Source: Pseudomonadota bacterium
Lineage (GTDB): Bacteria > Bdellovibrionota_C > UBA2361 > OMII01
Reading direction: 5' to 3'
Assembly (NCBI GenBank): GCA_038134595.1
Contig: JAYPVM010000011.1
Location: 1-64,000, forward strand
Length of the DNA stretch: 64,000 nt
Part shown: piece after piece, positions 1 to 12,068 of the stretch
Numbering within the stretch: position 1 is the first letter of the stretch
Layout: every line of letters begins with the position of its first letter
Notes under the pieces: model-generated
What the model saw: only the letters and a program-made list of their open reading frames with translations
Database searches by the model: none
Told to the model about the DNA's origin: nothing
Program-made: the position numbers and the translations under genes

Positions 1-777
<777 letters not shown>

Positions 778-1186
778 AAGAAATCTGCTACGTAAACACA
801 TCCTAAAGGATGTGAACGTTTAATTTTTGAGCCTAGCACTCACTAGCTTAGCCTCGCCTCTGATGCAGTATTGTTAGTGAGAGCCAATAGGCTCTATTAC
901 TTCCGCTACTCATCAGATTAAACGAAGCCTCACTTAGAGTTTAGTTTATTCTTTCACTAGTATTCTCAATTTCAAGTTTACACTTGAAATCTTAAACAGC
1001 TTCTACCCATAACCTAGTTGTTTTACTGCCGATTCCAGTTTTCTACTGTTCGAGGCAGGCTTTCGAGTTTCAACTATTTAGCAGATTCAGTCAAGTGCTT
1101 AACTCAACTTTTTTTGCTTTTCGTTGTCACGAAAATCTCTCTCGAACAGAGCAGGCCATTTGGTCCCTGTTCTCAAGCGGTGGCGG

Positions 1187-1216
1187 ATAGTAATCAGGGA
1201 CAGGGCTCCTTGTCAA
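1187..1216 (-). promoter_or_regulatory. Putative sigma70 rRNA promoter
   Basis: Minus strand TTGACA (1216-1211), 18 nt spacer, TACTAT (1192-1187), then a GC-rich discriminator CCGCC, upstream of 16S. Confidence 0.6.
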
Positions 1217-1480
1217 CAGTAGTCCGCGGGTTTTTTTCGAGCCTGGTTTCGGCTCGTCTTTCTCTGCTAAAGCCTAGATTGATATAAGCCCTTTTTTAGC
1301 GGCTTTTAGACTCTTTTGAAGCGCGTAGACACTCATAAAACAATCCTTCGCTGATACCCCTAAGAGAGGCGTCGCGTTAAATTAAATTGTTCGCCGGTGT
1401 TGAGAGTGTTAGTTGTAATAAGATTTCGCATAAAACCCGCTCGTCTTTTTTCGCTCGAGCAAGGTAACAGAGGAGAACTC

Positions 1481-1972
1481 ATGGCATCATTTGACGTTGT
1501 TTCACAGGTCGACATTCAAGAGGTTAAAAACGGTATCGACAATACCCGTAGAGAAGTTGAGACGAGGTACGACTTTAAGGGAGCAACTGCAACAATCGAA
1601 TACCAAGAGAAAGAAAGTTCTATCGGGCTCGTTGCGTCAGACAAGATGAGATTGCAGGCGTTAACCGAAATATTAAAGCAAAAACTCGCCAAGCGGGGCG
1701 TAAGCCTTAAGTCACTTCGCTTCGACGATCCGCAGCCCGCCGGAGGAGATACGCTACGGCAGTCTATTGCGGTCAAACAGGGCCTATCCGAAGAGGAGCG
1801 AAAAAGAATCAATAAGCTCATCAAAGAAACAAAGATTAAAGTGACCTCACAAATACAGGGAGACCAGGTACGAGTCAGCGGCAAAAAACGTGATGACCTT
1901 CAACTCGTCATTTCTCACCTACGAGAATCCGTGCAAGATCTAGAGCTGCAATTTGTAAATTTTAGAGACTAG
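1481..1972 (+). CDS. yajQ: YajQ family nucleotide/c-di-GMP-binding protein
   Basis: MASFDVVSQVD...RYDFKG...QIQGDQVRVSGKKRDDLQ...QFVNFRD; AGGAG RBS before ATG 1481. Confidence 0.95.
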   Translation: MASFDVVSQVDIQEVKNGIDNTRREVETRYDFKGATATIEYQEKESSIGLVASDKMRLQALTEILKQKLAKRGVSLKSLRFDDPQPAGGDTLRQSIAVKQGLSEEERKRINKLIKETKIKVTSQIQGDQVRVSGKKRDDLQLVISHLRESVQDLELQFVNFRD

Positions 1973-2010
1973 AACTCAAAAGAATCTGCCACTTATAACG
2001 AGACCAATTT

Positions 2011-3462
2011 TTAGCTTAATCTAATCTTTAAACGACGACTAACAGTCTCTCCATCGGCGGTTGACACTACCACCGACACAGCCTTTGAGCGACGAAGCCT
2101 TGCAGCCATCTTTCGCCCCACCTTAATGATAGCCTTACCAGCAGGATTCGTTTGCCGTGTTACTTGTTTATTGTTCACCGTAAACACGACCGCCGTATTC
2201 CCAATTGATACGCCTCTGTTTGAGCGCAGTTGCGCGATAAAACGGAGGCTCCTCCCCCTTTTTGCTCGAAGAGAAATCGTTGCGTTGTGCAAATTAGGAG
2301 CAATCTGTTTCTCATCAATACACTTTCCGAAAGCTGCGATATGACGATAAATCTGCTGTTTGCTAATCTCCGAGAATCGATTCTTCAGTCCAAGGCTCGG
2401 GTACATAATACCAGAGCGCTCTGTGGTATCATGACTAGCACCTAACGTATGCCCCAACTCATGCATGAAGGTTGTAATGTTGTAATCTCGGCGAACGTCT
2501 TGTACCAGACCGTACGCTTGTTTCGGCGACCAGCAAGCGGCTCCAATATATGCCAAACCAACAGTCGTTCCATCCAAATTCTTTCCAGAGAAGAGATACT
2601 TCACATCAACATCTTGGTGAAATGTCTCATCACGTATACCAAGGTTCTTTGAATTGGCGGAATTTGTTTGAAAAGAGCGTAATAACACACTTGCATTACT
2701 TGAGACGTACGGCGAGCTACCATCAACATAAGTATGATTTTTAACGAGTGCAAATCGAATGCCTAATTCCCGCTCGTATACTGCTTCGGCTGCGTTTAAT
2801 ATAGCCGCAATCTCTGCGTTACTGTTTGGACCGTATTTCTGAAACCATTCCTTATCTGCGTCGGTACTTATTGTGACCACTCGAGCGGTTTCAGCACTTA
2901 AAACTCCCACAACTTTCGACAGTTCTGCCGTTGACACTCTCTCATCATCTTCACACTCCTTGCCAGCTAATGCAGAGGAAGCAAGTCGGGTAACTCTTAC
3001 CACCATTACATCGCCCTCTATCACATTAGCTCTTAGGGTGTACACCCGTGGCGTCACAACATGCTCACTTCTAGCAAACGTTAGAGTAAGTGTATCTCCA
3101 ATTATAGAAGCGGCAACCCGTCGATGCAATCGCTCGCCACGACTTGAGGCAGTCCCCTGAAGCAAAACTGGGATTGACGGGTCTGCAATAACTTCTCCCA
3201 TCACAAGGAATTCTCCCGCTGCAGGGGGCAATTTTCGCCTATCAAAAACAAAAATAGTATCAGGAATCCCTCGTACATCTGACAATCGCAAGCGAATCGA
3301 TTCAAACCTCGCGCCCTCTTCTGCAGGTCTGCTGAGCGCTTCAAAAGCCTCTGGGTTTAACTTTGTAAGCGTGCCGGTATAGAGATGTGCTTCGCCATAG
3401 CTTGAGCTAATCACGAGGAGATTGAGAAAAACAACCACAAATGTCGACAGTACGCATCGCAT
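2011..3462 (-). CDS. Secreted M12B/reprolysin-like zinc metalloprotease
   Basis: Signal peptide; metzincin motif HELGHTLGASHD, Met-turn GIM, and GLAYIGAAC. Confidence 0.85.
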   Translation of the reverse strand: MRCVLSTFVVVFLNLLVISSSYGEAHLYTGTLTKLNPEAFEALSRPAEEGARFESIRLRLSDVRGIPDTIFVFDRRKLPPAAGEFLVMGEVIADPSIPVLLQGTASSRGERLHRRVAASIIGDTLTLTFARSEHVVTPRVYTLRANVIEGDVMVVRVTRLASSALAGKECEDDERVSTAELSKVVGVLSAETARVVTISTDADKEWFQKYGPNSNAEIAAILNAAEAVYERELGIRFALVKNHTYVDGSSPYVSSNASVLLRSFQTNSANSKNLGIRDETFHQDVDVKYLFSGKNLDGTTVGLAYIGAACWSPKQAYGLVQDVRRDYNITTFMHELGHTLGASHDTTERSGIMYPSLGLKNRFSEISKQQIYRHIAAFGKCIDEKQIAPNLHNATISLRAKRGRSLRFIAQLRSNRGVSIGNTAVVFTVNNKQVTRQTNPAGKAIIKVGRKMAARLRRSKAVSVVVSTADGETVSRRLKIRLS

Positions 3463-3615
3463 ACCATCAAATCCGCACTACAATGCGTTACACTTCAGAT
3501 ATTGTTGGAGCTATTACTATTATATGTGATTACGGTACGAAAAACCCGTAGTCAGGCACCACCAATCAAGTCCAAAGCGCGGCGAATGTGACGGGCTTGT
3601 AGCAGTAGAACTGCG

Positions 3616-4872
3616 CTATCCGGCCACCGCCTCCTTTTCAAAGACCTTAACCGGCTCTTGTGTTCCCTGGATAACCTCTGGAGTAATTACAATCTCTTTG
3701 ATTTCCGAGTTACTCGGGATATCGTACATTACATCCAACATGCACGATTCAATAATCGACCGAAGCCCCCTTGCGCCCGTTTTTCGAGCGAGAGCTTTAG
3801 CAGCAATTGCCTCCAAAGCATCAACGGTGAAGGTGAGCTGAACGCCTTCCATACCAAGCAGAGCCTCGTATTGCTTCACAAGCGCATTTCGAGGTCGCGT
3901 GAGAATCTCCACAAGCGCTTGACTGTCTAGCTGATCAAGACATGAGATAACCGGTAATCTTCCAACAAACTCCGGAATCATACCAAATTTCAGTAAATCC
4001 TCGGTTTCAAGAGAAGCGAGGGCATTATCGTTTTTAGCCACAGTCGGCGCGCTCGTTGTTCCAAAGCCTAGCGTCTTTTTCCCCACTCTTTGGCCGATCA
4101 CACGCTCGATTCCATCAAAAGCACCGCCTACTATAAATAAGATATTTGAGGTATCAACTTGGATAAACTCCTGTTGGGGATGCTTACGTCCGCCCTTTGG
4201 AGGAACGTTTGCCTTCGTTCCTTCGATGATTTTCAATAGCGCTTGCTGAACACCCTCTCCCGAGACATCGCGCGTCACTGAAGGCGTATCACTCTTTCTG
4301 GCTATCTTATCGATTTCATCGATATATACGATACCCCGCTGAGTGCGCTCGATATCATAGTCAGCCGCCTGCAACAGGTTTACGATGATGTTCTCTACGT
4401 CTTCTCCTACGTAGCCTGCCTCAGTAAGACTTGTGGCATCAGCGATAGTAAATGGCACATCTAGCACCTTCGCAAGAGTCTGCGCCAAAAGCGTTTTTCC
4501 GGAGCCTGTTGGACCAAGAAGAAGTATATTTGATTTTTGGAGTTCTACTCCATGCTTTAGAGTTTTGTTGCCCTGAATCCTCTTGTAATGATTGTGCACG
4601 GCAACAGAAAGCACCTTCTTTGCATGGTCTTGTCCGATAATGTAATCATCGAGGGCTTGCTTAATGTCTTTTGGAGTTGGGACCGCAACTTTGGCTGATG
4701 AGGTATCTGAGGAAACTTCAAGCTCGTCGGTAAGGATATCGTTACAAAGGTCGATACACTCATCACATATGTACACGGATGGGCCAGCAACAAGTTTTCG
4801 AACCTCCTCTTGAGTCTTACCACAAAAAGAGCATATCAAGTTCCCACTGTTCTTGTTGTTATCCTTAGCCAT
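3616..4872 (-). CDS. clpX: ATP-dependent Clp protease ATP-binding subunit ClpX
   Basis: C4 zinc finger CSFCGK...ICDEC, Walker [26 protein letters not shown] loop. Confidence 0.98.
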   Translation of the reverse strand: MAKDNNKNSGNLICSFCGKTQEEVRKLVAGPSVYICDECIDLCNDILTDELEVSSDTSSAKVAVPTPKDIKQALDDYIIGQDHAKKVLSVAVHNHYKRIQGNKTLKHGVELQKSNILLLGPTGSGKTLLAQTLAKVLDVPFTIADATSLTEAGYVGEDVENIIVNLLQAADYDIERTQRGIVYIDEIDKIARKSDTPSVTRDVSGEGVQQALLKIIEGTKANVPPKGGRKHPQQEFIQVDTSNILFIVGGAFDGIERVIGQRVGKKTLGFGTTSAPTVAKNDNALASLETEDLLKFGMIPEFVGRLPVISCLDQLDSQALVEILTRPRNALVKQYEALLGMEGVQLTFTVDALEAIAAKALARKTGARGLRSIIESCMLDVMYDIPSNSEIKEIVITPEVIQGTQEPVKVFEKEAVAG

Positions 4873-5426
4873 CGCCACATCCTTTTGAAAACGTAGTTTA
4901 AAACCGCTACTACAAGTTAAGATGCGAGAACTCTACTTAAGGATTGGGCTTCACCCGAAAGCAGAGACAAATTATCAAAAAAGCATCGATACAAACCTCC
5001 TATTCTTGAACGTCGACACACCAAGAGCTTGACTTAATAAATCGAAGCTCTAACTTAAAAGTTTCGTGTAACCAGTTAGTTTAATTATATATACCACAAG
5101 TCCACACTACCTAAGGAACACTCCATTGCAACCTGGTGACTTAATCGGAGGAGCGTTTTACCTGCCGCGGTCGATTTACTCGCCACGATTAACAAGTTCA
5201 ATTTCGTTGCCTACATCAAGCCTTTCTCAAGACATTACTCGAAGCCACAGAAGAAAATTTACAGAAGCTATTGCCGCTCTTAGATCATCTTTTAGTTGAA
5301 TCCGATAGAATTTAACCGGTGATACTCGACAGTTGTCGGGAAAATCGATTGAAGAGAGAACAAAAGTTCCTCATGTCGCCACGGCAAGCTTAGTGATACT
5401 ATCTAAAGATATTCAGGAGAGACCCT

Positions 5427-5687
5427 ATGGAAAGCAAATTTAAAACCAACGATCGAGTTCGACGAGTGCCATTTACTGTTACTGTTGCACGGCATCAACC
5501 CGCTGAGAACGGGGAAGTTGAGACCGATACGTACTCTAAGCAGGGATGTATTGGAACAGTCAAAGAGATACGAGAAGAAACGACACTTGCAAAACAGGAA
5601 TCAAGAACACAATCTCTCATGTTTTTGGTGCAATGGGACAACGGCACACTAGCCTATCACGGTCCAGACGGTCTTGAGGCGGCATAA
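5427..5687 (+). CDS. Small hypothetical protein, possible SH3-like fold
   Basis: AGGAG RBS; pattern FKTNDRVRR...GTVKEI...VQWDNG. Confidence 0.7.
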   Translation: MESKFKTNDRVRRVPFTVTVARHQPAENGEVETDTYSKQGCIGTVKEIREETTLAKQESRTQSLMFLVQWDNGTLAYHGPDGLEAA

Positions 5688-5783
5688 ATCCACGGGGCAC
5701 CTCCAGTGTTACGTGCACACGTCGCCTACGAGGCTGACATAATTAGTCGGTTTTAGTTTGATTCAATCTGTCATGCCTGACTT

Positions 5784-5816
5784 CCCTCGACTTACTTCTG
5801 GGTCGAGGGTGTTTTT
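5784..5816 (+). terminator. Putative intrinsic terminator
   Basis: CCCTCGAC / GTCGAGGG stem followed by TGTTTTT. Confidence 0.5.
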
Positions 5817-5874
5817 GCTTTTAATGAAACATAGAGGGTGCTAAGACTTCCGTACTTTTTTACGGGAGAATTTT

Positions 5875-8800
5875 ATGCAGTTTGAACAGCTTCCAAAGCC
5901 TGGCGCAGATAGTGATATTCAAAAAAGAAGCGCAGAACTTCAAGAAATCGCCCATAAACTCAAGATCGACTCTCAACTTCTGCCGCCAATTAGGGCGGTT
6001 ATTCTTTGGAAAGAAGTCCTCACAAAGGCATCGCACGAAGAGCAACAACTCTTACTGACATACCTTGAACAAACTGGATCCATCCCCACTCAGGGCGTTC
6101 GTTCTCCTATCAAACTCCGAGAGCCCGACACGCACGCTATCGAAACTGCCTGCTATTCAATTGTTAATGAATTAATAACAAGTTCGACGTCTCCAGAGGA
6201 TATTGCTACACGGTCGATCAACTCATTTCAGACACGGCACCCAGCAATCACAAAACCACAGATCCAAATACTGCAACATATGGTCAAACATCAGTTAGAG
6301 CTAAGCTCTCTCGAACTTGCTCCATTGCAGGCTCAAATGCCTTTTCCTCTGATGCAGCACAACTACTTCGGTCGATTTATTTCTAGTGGCGCAGAGAATC
6401 CAGCGCAAGCTGTGCGTCACCTACATGTCGCAATGCCCTTTCTCGTTAGAATGAAATCCTTTATCGAAGGCCTCCAAAATAAGACTCTCCATCATATGCT
6501 TTTACTCGTGGAGTCAGAAACCGAGCAAGCCGTGCTCGCCCTCGGGAAAAAGCCATCTTCAGAAGAAAAGATGACCCCAGAGGAACGTCACAATGCGCTT
6601 GCTATCGTTCACGCAGTCATTGAACAATCGACTGACCTATTCGGCGGCGAGCTTAAAAAGGGACAGCGGCCACTAACATGCGTGGCGATGCCGCATTTTC
6701 CCGAAATAGCACTACAACAATTTGACCCAAGCGATCACCTAGAGCTAGCCGGCGCGCTGTACGATTGGATGTTATTTGGCACAAACCACCCAATTTTAAA
6801 CGACAGATCTCTTTCTACATCTCGGCAAAGGCTGGGAAAGTTGTCACTCGAAACGTTGGAACAACGTCAAGCAGAACTCGCAAAACTACAACCTCCCTCT
6901 CAAAAATCCGCCAACTACAGGGCCGAAATGCGTGCCTACAAACGGACAGAACATAAGCTCACAAAGGGCATCGAGCGATGCGAAACGATGCTTGATGAAT
7001 TGCTTCAAGAAGAGGCACATATAGTATCGATTCGAGAACAGATGGAAAGCTCCACTGGCTTTATGCAATCGATTCGAAGATTTCGCCGCGAAATCAACGA
7101 ATGCGTAGAATCAGGCAAGCGAATAGTTTTTACCTTTTTTGGATCCGAGCACACCGAGGCTCCTGGATCATCACTAGAACTGCTCGACTTAGCAATCTCA
7201 AACAGACATCGAAGAAACTTCAATTTTCCGGGTGTCGATCTTCTAGCAGAGAGCCCCATGTTGTTATCAATGCCGGCTCATAAGCGCATCTCAACTGGGC
7301 ATACAGACTCACCGCGCAGCCTACTTGAAACATCGATCCGATCTTTTGAGGTAAACGTCGACGAGATAAACCACAGTGTGCGTTACCTCTTCGCCGGACT
7401 CTTGCCTAACAAAGAGGACCCTCAGCTATCATCACTATTAGAAACTATCTGCCTGGAGATACCCCTCCCAGGCGTTCGCAATCCAGACCATTTAGTTTCA
7501 CTTGTAAAACAAGCCACCGGCAAGAGAAAACCCCATGCGAGTCACTACATTGATTACGTTTTTGAGCGAGCGCCAGAAATGGGGACAGCGGAGCTTTTCT
7601 CGCTTCTTGTCAGCCTCCATGCAATCGGAGTCACGACTATATCTCCTCGGGCGCAACAGATTTCACGGGAGCGGTTCAAACATCCCAAAAGAACAATCCC
7701 TATGTTTCAGCGCTTTGCGACGGGATATCAGCCTAACAAGCTCGGAGAGGCTCCAGAGATATTTGAAGACTTAAGCTCATTTCAGCGTTATCTCTCACTT
7801 GGACTGGATGCTCTCGGAATGGAACCAGAACTAACGCAAGTCGAGCGACACCTCGCTGAGCGTGGGATAGTGGCAATTGTAGATGGAACAAACTATCACC
7901 CTGAGCTAAACGCTGAGGTTGCAGCGACGGGAGACAAGCTTGAAAAAGGTGATACCGAGCAAACCACTGAGGTCTGGGGCGATTATGTGCGCCCTTCGGA
8001 GCGGCTCATTAGAGCTTTTTCGTTAAAGCTTATGGAGGGAGACGTCTCGCCAGCGCTACAGCACTCGTCTTTAATGGGAATTATCCGTCCCGACAAAGCC
8101 GATCAAGTAATGCAGCTTATCGTTAAGAAGTTTTACGGTATAGATATAGACATCTCGCCGAACCTTTCGACAATCAACCAGCTCCTCTCCGATCTTAAGA
8201 TTCACGACGACAGATCAATACTGGTAATCGATGCAGATTCGATATCAAATTTGGAGCAGTATCGTGAATTCTTAGAACACCTAGAAGAATATCGGATCAA
8301 AATTATCCTTCGCACGCGGGAGCCTTTTCCGGGAATTCCACAGGTAAATATACAGCCATTTTTAGATTCATCTATTACATCGAGGCTCCGAGAAGACTCT
8401 GAAAGGCTTCAATCTCAACTCGATCTAGCGAGTGCTATTGACTCGGAGATTATCTCGTTTGCCACCGACCAAGTAATGCGTTGTCGCACACCGCAAGCCG
8501 ACCCACTAAACCTAACGCTTCAGGTGTTAAACAGTGCCGCCGCGCATGCACGGCTTAATCCCGACCGCTCAGTGTGCAAGCAAGATATCGTTGCCGCCAT
8601 TCCAAGCATTTTCCATCGTCCAGACGGAGAACAAATGCGGCTACGACTTGAAGCTATTGACGCATTCCTTGAGCATGCCCCTATGTTAGTACTGGGACAA
8701 GATCGTGCGATACGAACCATCGCCAGTCGAGTGCGGAGTCATATCCTCGGGATGCGAGATCCAACGCGACCGCTCACCCTTCTTCTTCCCGGTCCGACTG

Positions 8801-9657
8801 GTGTAGGAAAAACCGAGCTCATGATGCACTTTGCTCGAATCTGTGACATTCCATTCTTTATGGTCGAGGGCGCAGAGTTCTCTGAGGAGCATACGGTGTC
8901 TCGTTTGGTAGGTTCACCAAGCGGATACGTAGGGCCCGATGAAGGTATCTTGTTCACGTTCCTCAAAGAAAACAACTCGGGCCTGATATTTATCGACGAG
9001 ATCGAAAAAATGCATCCAAGCGTCTACCAAGCTCTGATGAACTTTTTTGATAAAGCCACCCTGACAGCGGGCAACGGTAAAACCATTAGTCGTCCCGGCT
9101 TCATCATCGCTGGAGCCTCCAATGCTGGGGCTCACAAGCTCACCCGGGATATGAGGGAGAACGAGGTAAAAGAGATTCTCGCTGAATCCTTCGTTGACCG
9201 AAGAGGGCAAGCAAGGCCTGAGCTAGTGCGAAGGTTTGAGCCGATTGTTATGCATGCCATAGAAGAGCCAGCGTTTCAAGACATGCTTCGTCTTAGCCTT
9301 GCATCAATCGGTAAGCGTCCAGGGTTTGTTGCCGCAAACCTTGAGCTGGTAGACTTGGATGAAGCATCAGCTAAGCTCCTCTATGCCTCAGCGCAAGAAG
9401 TGTGCGCGTACAGTGAGAAATCAGTTTCAAAGGGTCTTGGTTTTCATTGCGGCCAGATAGATCAGCCGAGTTCTACCGGACTATTTTACGACATGCGACA
9501 CGTCAATCGTGCACTCGATGAACTAATTGGAGACTCGATTGCAAATCTTGCCATCGAGCAATACAATTCAGGCAATTATCTTCAAAGAGGGATTACCCGT
9601 CGAGTTAAGCTCGTAGGAGATCTCGAAAAGCAGGCGATCAGTATTGTCGACGTGTAG
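5875..9657 (+). CDS. Large Clp/Hsp100-related AAA+ ATPase (intact D2 ring, novel N-terminus)
   Basis: C-terminal VLGQDRAI, GPTGVGKTEL, SRLVGSPSGYVG, IFIDEIEKMHP and RPELVRR match ClpA/B D2 motifs. Confidence 0.8.
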   Translation: MQFEQLPKPGADSDIQKRSAELQEIAHKLKIDSQLLPPIRAVILWKEVLTKASHEEQQLLLTYLEQTGSIPTQGVRSPIKLREPDTHAIETACYSIVNELITSSTSPEDIATRSINSFQTRHPAITKPQIQILQHMVKHQLELSSLELAPLQAQMPFPLMQHNYFGRFISSGAENPAQAVRHLHVAMPFLVRMKSFIEGLQNKTLHHMLLLVESETEQAVLALGKKPSSEEKMTPEERHNALAIVHAVIEQSTDLFGGELKKGQRPLTCVAMPHFPEIALQQFDPSDHLELAGALYDWMLFGTNHPILNDRSLSTSRQRLGKLSLETLEQRQAELAKLQPPSQKSANYRAEMRAYKRTEHKLTKGIERCETMLDELLQEEAHIVSIREQMESSTGFMQSIRRFRREINECVESGKRIVFTFFGSEHTEAPGSSLELLDLAISNRHRRNFNFPGVDLLAESPMLLSMPAHKRISTGHTDSPRSLLETSIRSFEVNVDEINHSVRYLFAGLLPNKEDPQLSSLLETICLEIPLPGVRNPDHLVSLVKQATGKRKPHASHYIDYVFERAPEMGTAELFSLLVSLHAIGVTTISPRAQQISRERFKHPKRTIPMFQRFATGYQPNKLGEAPEIFEDLSSFQRYLSLGLDALGMEPELTQVERHLAERGIVAIVDGTNYHPELNAEVAATGDKLEKGDTEQTTEVWGDYVRPSERLIRAFSLKLMEGDVSPALQHSSLMGIIRPDKADQVMQLIVKKFYGIDIDISPNLSTINQLLSDLKIHDDRSILVIDADSISNLEQYREFLEHLEEYRIKIILRTREPFPGIPQVNIQPFLDSSITSRLREDSERLQSQLDLASAIDSEIISFATDQVMRCRTPQADPLNLTLQVLNSAAAHARLNPDRSVCKQDIVAAIPSIFHRPDGEQMRLRLEAIDAFLEHAPMLVLGQDRAIRTIASRVRSHILGMRDPTRPLTLLLPGPTGVGKTELMMHFARICDIPFFMVEGAEFSEEHTVSRLVGSPSGYVGPDEGILFTFLKENNSGLIFIDEIEKMHPSVYQALMNFFDKATLTAGNGKTISRPGFIIAGASNAGAHKLTRDMRENEVKEILAESFVDRRGQARPELVRRFEPIVMHAIEEPAFQDMLRLSLASIGKRPGFVAANLELVDLDEASAKLLYASAQEVCAYSEKSVSKGLGFHCGQIDQPSSTGLFYDMRHVNRALDELIGDSIANLAIEQYNSGNYLQRGITRRVKLVGDLEKQAISIVDV

Positions 9658-9685
9658 CAAATTCGCTGACGCACGCTTTCAGTTA

Positions 9686-10303
9686 TTATTTGCTTGCTCG
9701 GTAAACAGGCTCGCGCCCTTCTATCAGACGCACGATGTTTTGGCGATGCCGAGCAATAACCACGCAACCAATTCCTGCAAGAGACCACGATACAGCGTCG
9801 TTCTGATTCGAAGCGAAGGCAACAACGGGCACAGCGAGTGCCGCCGCCATAGACGAAAGGGATACGAACCGACTAACAGCAAACACGGCCGCAAACACCA
9901 ACAACGCAAAACCAGCACCGATAGGGTATATAACACTCACAACTCCTAGGGCCGTTGCAACACCCTTGCCGCCCTTTAACACTCGCACTCCATTTCGAGA
10001 CAATGGAACCGAAAAGCAATGCCCGCATACTGCACACAAACCGGCAAGCGGTGCGTACCACTGTGCGCTCGAAACAATTGACGCAAGAATCACTGCAAGC
10101 GCACCCTTACACACGTCGCAAGCCAGTGTGATCAACCCTGCCCGCTTACCTAGAACACGCGACACATTAGTGGCTCCGACGTTACCACTGCCCTCAGCTG
10201 TAATATCCACTCCGTGCAGCCGAGAAAGCAAATATCCCGTCGGAAATGCGCCGAGCAGATACATCAAAGCAAACGTGATGAAAATCGCTATAAAACTCAA
10301 CAT
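9686..10303 (-). CDS. plsY: Glycerol-3-phosphate acyltransferase PlsY
   Basis: YLLGAFPTG, GSGNVGATNVSR, KGGKGVAT, RHRQNIVRL. Confidence 0.95.
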   Translation of the reverse strand: MLSFIAIFITFALMYLLGAFPTGYLLSRLHGVDITAEGSGNVGATNVSRVLGKRAGLITLACDVCKGALAVILASIVSSAQWYAPLAGLCAVCGHCFSVPLSRNGVRVLKGGKGVATALGVVSVIYPIGAGFALLVFAAVFAVSRFVSLSSMAAALAVPVVAFASNQNDAVSWSLAGIGCVVIARHRQNIVRLIEGREPVYRASK

Positions 10304-10962
10304 CCACGAACCTTCGCTATCGCATCAGCTCTATCAACCGCGCCAAAGACGTACGAACCAGCAACTAAAACATTTGCTCCAACTTGACGGCACTGTCGCC
10401 CAGTCTCCGCGTTGACACCACCATCTACCTCTATATGCATGTCGGAGAAACCTTGGCGATTACACTGCTCTCGCACCTGCTCAATCTTCGGCAAGCACTC
10501 AGAAAGAAACTTCTGGCCACCCCATCCTGGGTTGACCGTCATCACTAAAACGAGATCAACCATATCTAAAACATCAAAAACAGTATCAATCGGAGTGTTC
10601 GGGTTTACAGCGACACCAGCCTTCATGCCTCTCTCTCGTATCGCAACTAGTGATGTACGTAAATCAGCGCATGCCTCTTGGTGAATTATTAATCTGTCTG
10701 CTCCGGCATCGTGAAACATGTCAAATTGCTGCTCTGGATTATCTACCATGAGATGGACATCGAGAAAGACATTGGCGGTCTTTTTGAGACGTCGTACAAC
10801 ATTGTCTCCGAAGGTAATTGGTGGCACGAATTTTCCATCCATCACATCAACATGAATCCAATCCGCACCTGCACTTACAACATTTAAAACTTCGTCTGCA
10901 AGAACGCCGATATCTGCCGCTAGTATAGATGGTGCAACAATTATAGAAGAAGATTCGCTCAT
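10297..10962 (-). CDS. rpe: Ribulose-phosphate 3-epimerase
   Basis: APSILAAD, IHVDVMDG, DVHLMV, MTVNPGWGGQ, EVDGGV. Confidence 0.97.
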   Translation of the reverse strand: MSESSSIIVAPSILAADIGVLADEVLNVVSAGADWIHVDVMDGKFVPPITFGDNVVRRLKKTANVFLDVHLMVDNPEQQFDMFHDAGADRLIIHQEACADLRTSLVAIRERGMKAGVAVNPNTPIDTVFDVLDMVDLVLVMTVNPGWGGQKFLSECLPKIEQVREQCNRQGFSDMHIEVDGGVNAETGRQCRQVGANVLVAGSYVFGAVDRADAIAKVRGC

Positions 10963-11142
10963 AGTTTGACAATCTACACCACTTTAACGTTTCGAGGAAA
11001 TGGGGTTATCCCAACTTCTGAGTCCTTCACAAAAAACTAACCTCTACACAGCAACTCTCTCAAGAACTAATCGATTATAGCTACCGAACTATCTTTATAT
11101 TTCTTGTCGACACGCCAAACACTAGTTTCCGCACCCTAAATC

Positions 11143-11961
11143 ATGGACATCCACTATCCTGTAGAGTCCCATTCATGGCTAGGTTCCTGCCTCGAAGTGC
11201 TTCTTCCCGGCAGCTGTCATGTCTGTTGCCGACCCTTAAAAACGGGAATCCTGTGCTACAGGTGCCAGCCCGCGTTGCCAAGCGTAGAATGGCTAAAAGC
11301 CAATGCATGCCCTCTCTGCTTTAGCCAACTGTCTTTATATCGGGGGGAGTCCGTCTGTGATCCCTGTAGAATACATCCGCTTCCAATGAATTCAATCCGA
11401 TATCTGTGGGACTACTCTCTGCTGGCTCGAGATTTTATTCGCGCCATGAAATATAAGCCCAGCGAGCAACTCACCTCAATTGCTGGGGGATTACTCTCTT
11501 TGAGTTTACCTCTTCTCTTTCAAAAAACAGATTGGGACATCATTGTTCCCATGCCATCTTCGGCAACCGGTTTTTCTCGCAGACTCTTTAACCCCAGTGT
11601 AGGCATCGCTCAGACCATTAGAAAGAGACATGGAATCCCAACAAGAAACATCCTCGTCCGCAACCGCCACCGACGTCCACAAGCTTTCCTGTCTCATACC
11701 GAGCGGCTTAGAGGTCTTACTCGCCTATTTTCCTTATCTAATCCTGACGTGGTTAACAAAAAATCGGTGTTGCTTGTCGAAGATGTCATCACAACCGGAG
11801 CCACGATTGCAGCAGCATCGTATACCCTACGAGCGCACGGGGCCCATCGAGTTGATATTATCGCCCTTGCACGCACGAGAGTGTGGAATCGATTCCGTTC
11901 TGAGATCACCTCCAAACTATCCCGCCACACAGGCAACGTTACTAGTGCGCGCGGCTCATAA
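11143..11961 (+). CDS. comF: ComF family amidophosphoribosyltransferase-like protein
   Basis: N-terminal double zinc ribbon (CxxC pairs) and PRPP motif LLVEDVITTGAT. Confidence 0.85.
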   Translation: MDIHYPVESHSWLGSCLEVLLPGSCHVCCRPLKTGILCYRCQPALPSVEWLKANACPLCFSQLSLYRGESVCDPCRIHPLPMNSIRYLWDYSLLARDFIRAMKYKPSEQLTSIAGGLLSLSLPLLFQKTDWDIIVPMPSSATGFSRRLFNPSVGIAQTIRKRHGIPTRNILVRNRHRRPQAFLSHTERLRGLTRLFSLSNPDVVNKKSVLLVEDVITTGATIAAASYTLRAHGAHRVDIIALARTRVWNRFRSEITSKLSRHTGNVTSARGS

Positions 11962-12068
11962 AACGAGCGGCTCGCCCCTTCTTCATCCAATTTGCTTGCA
12001 TCCGAGACGCCCCTTAAAATCACTTAAAACGATTTGTTAACCACCCGGTGTGGTGATACGGTCTCGAC

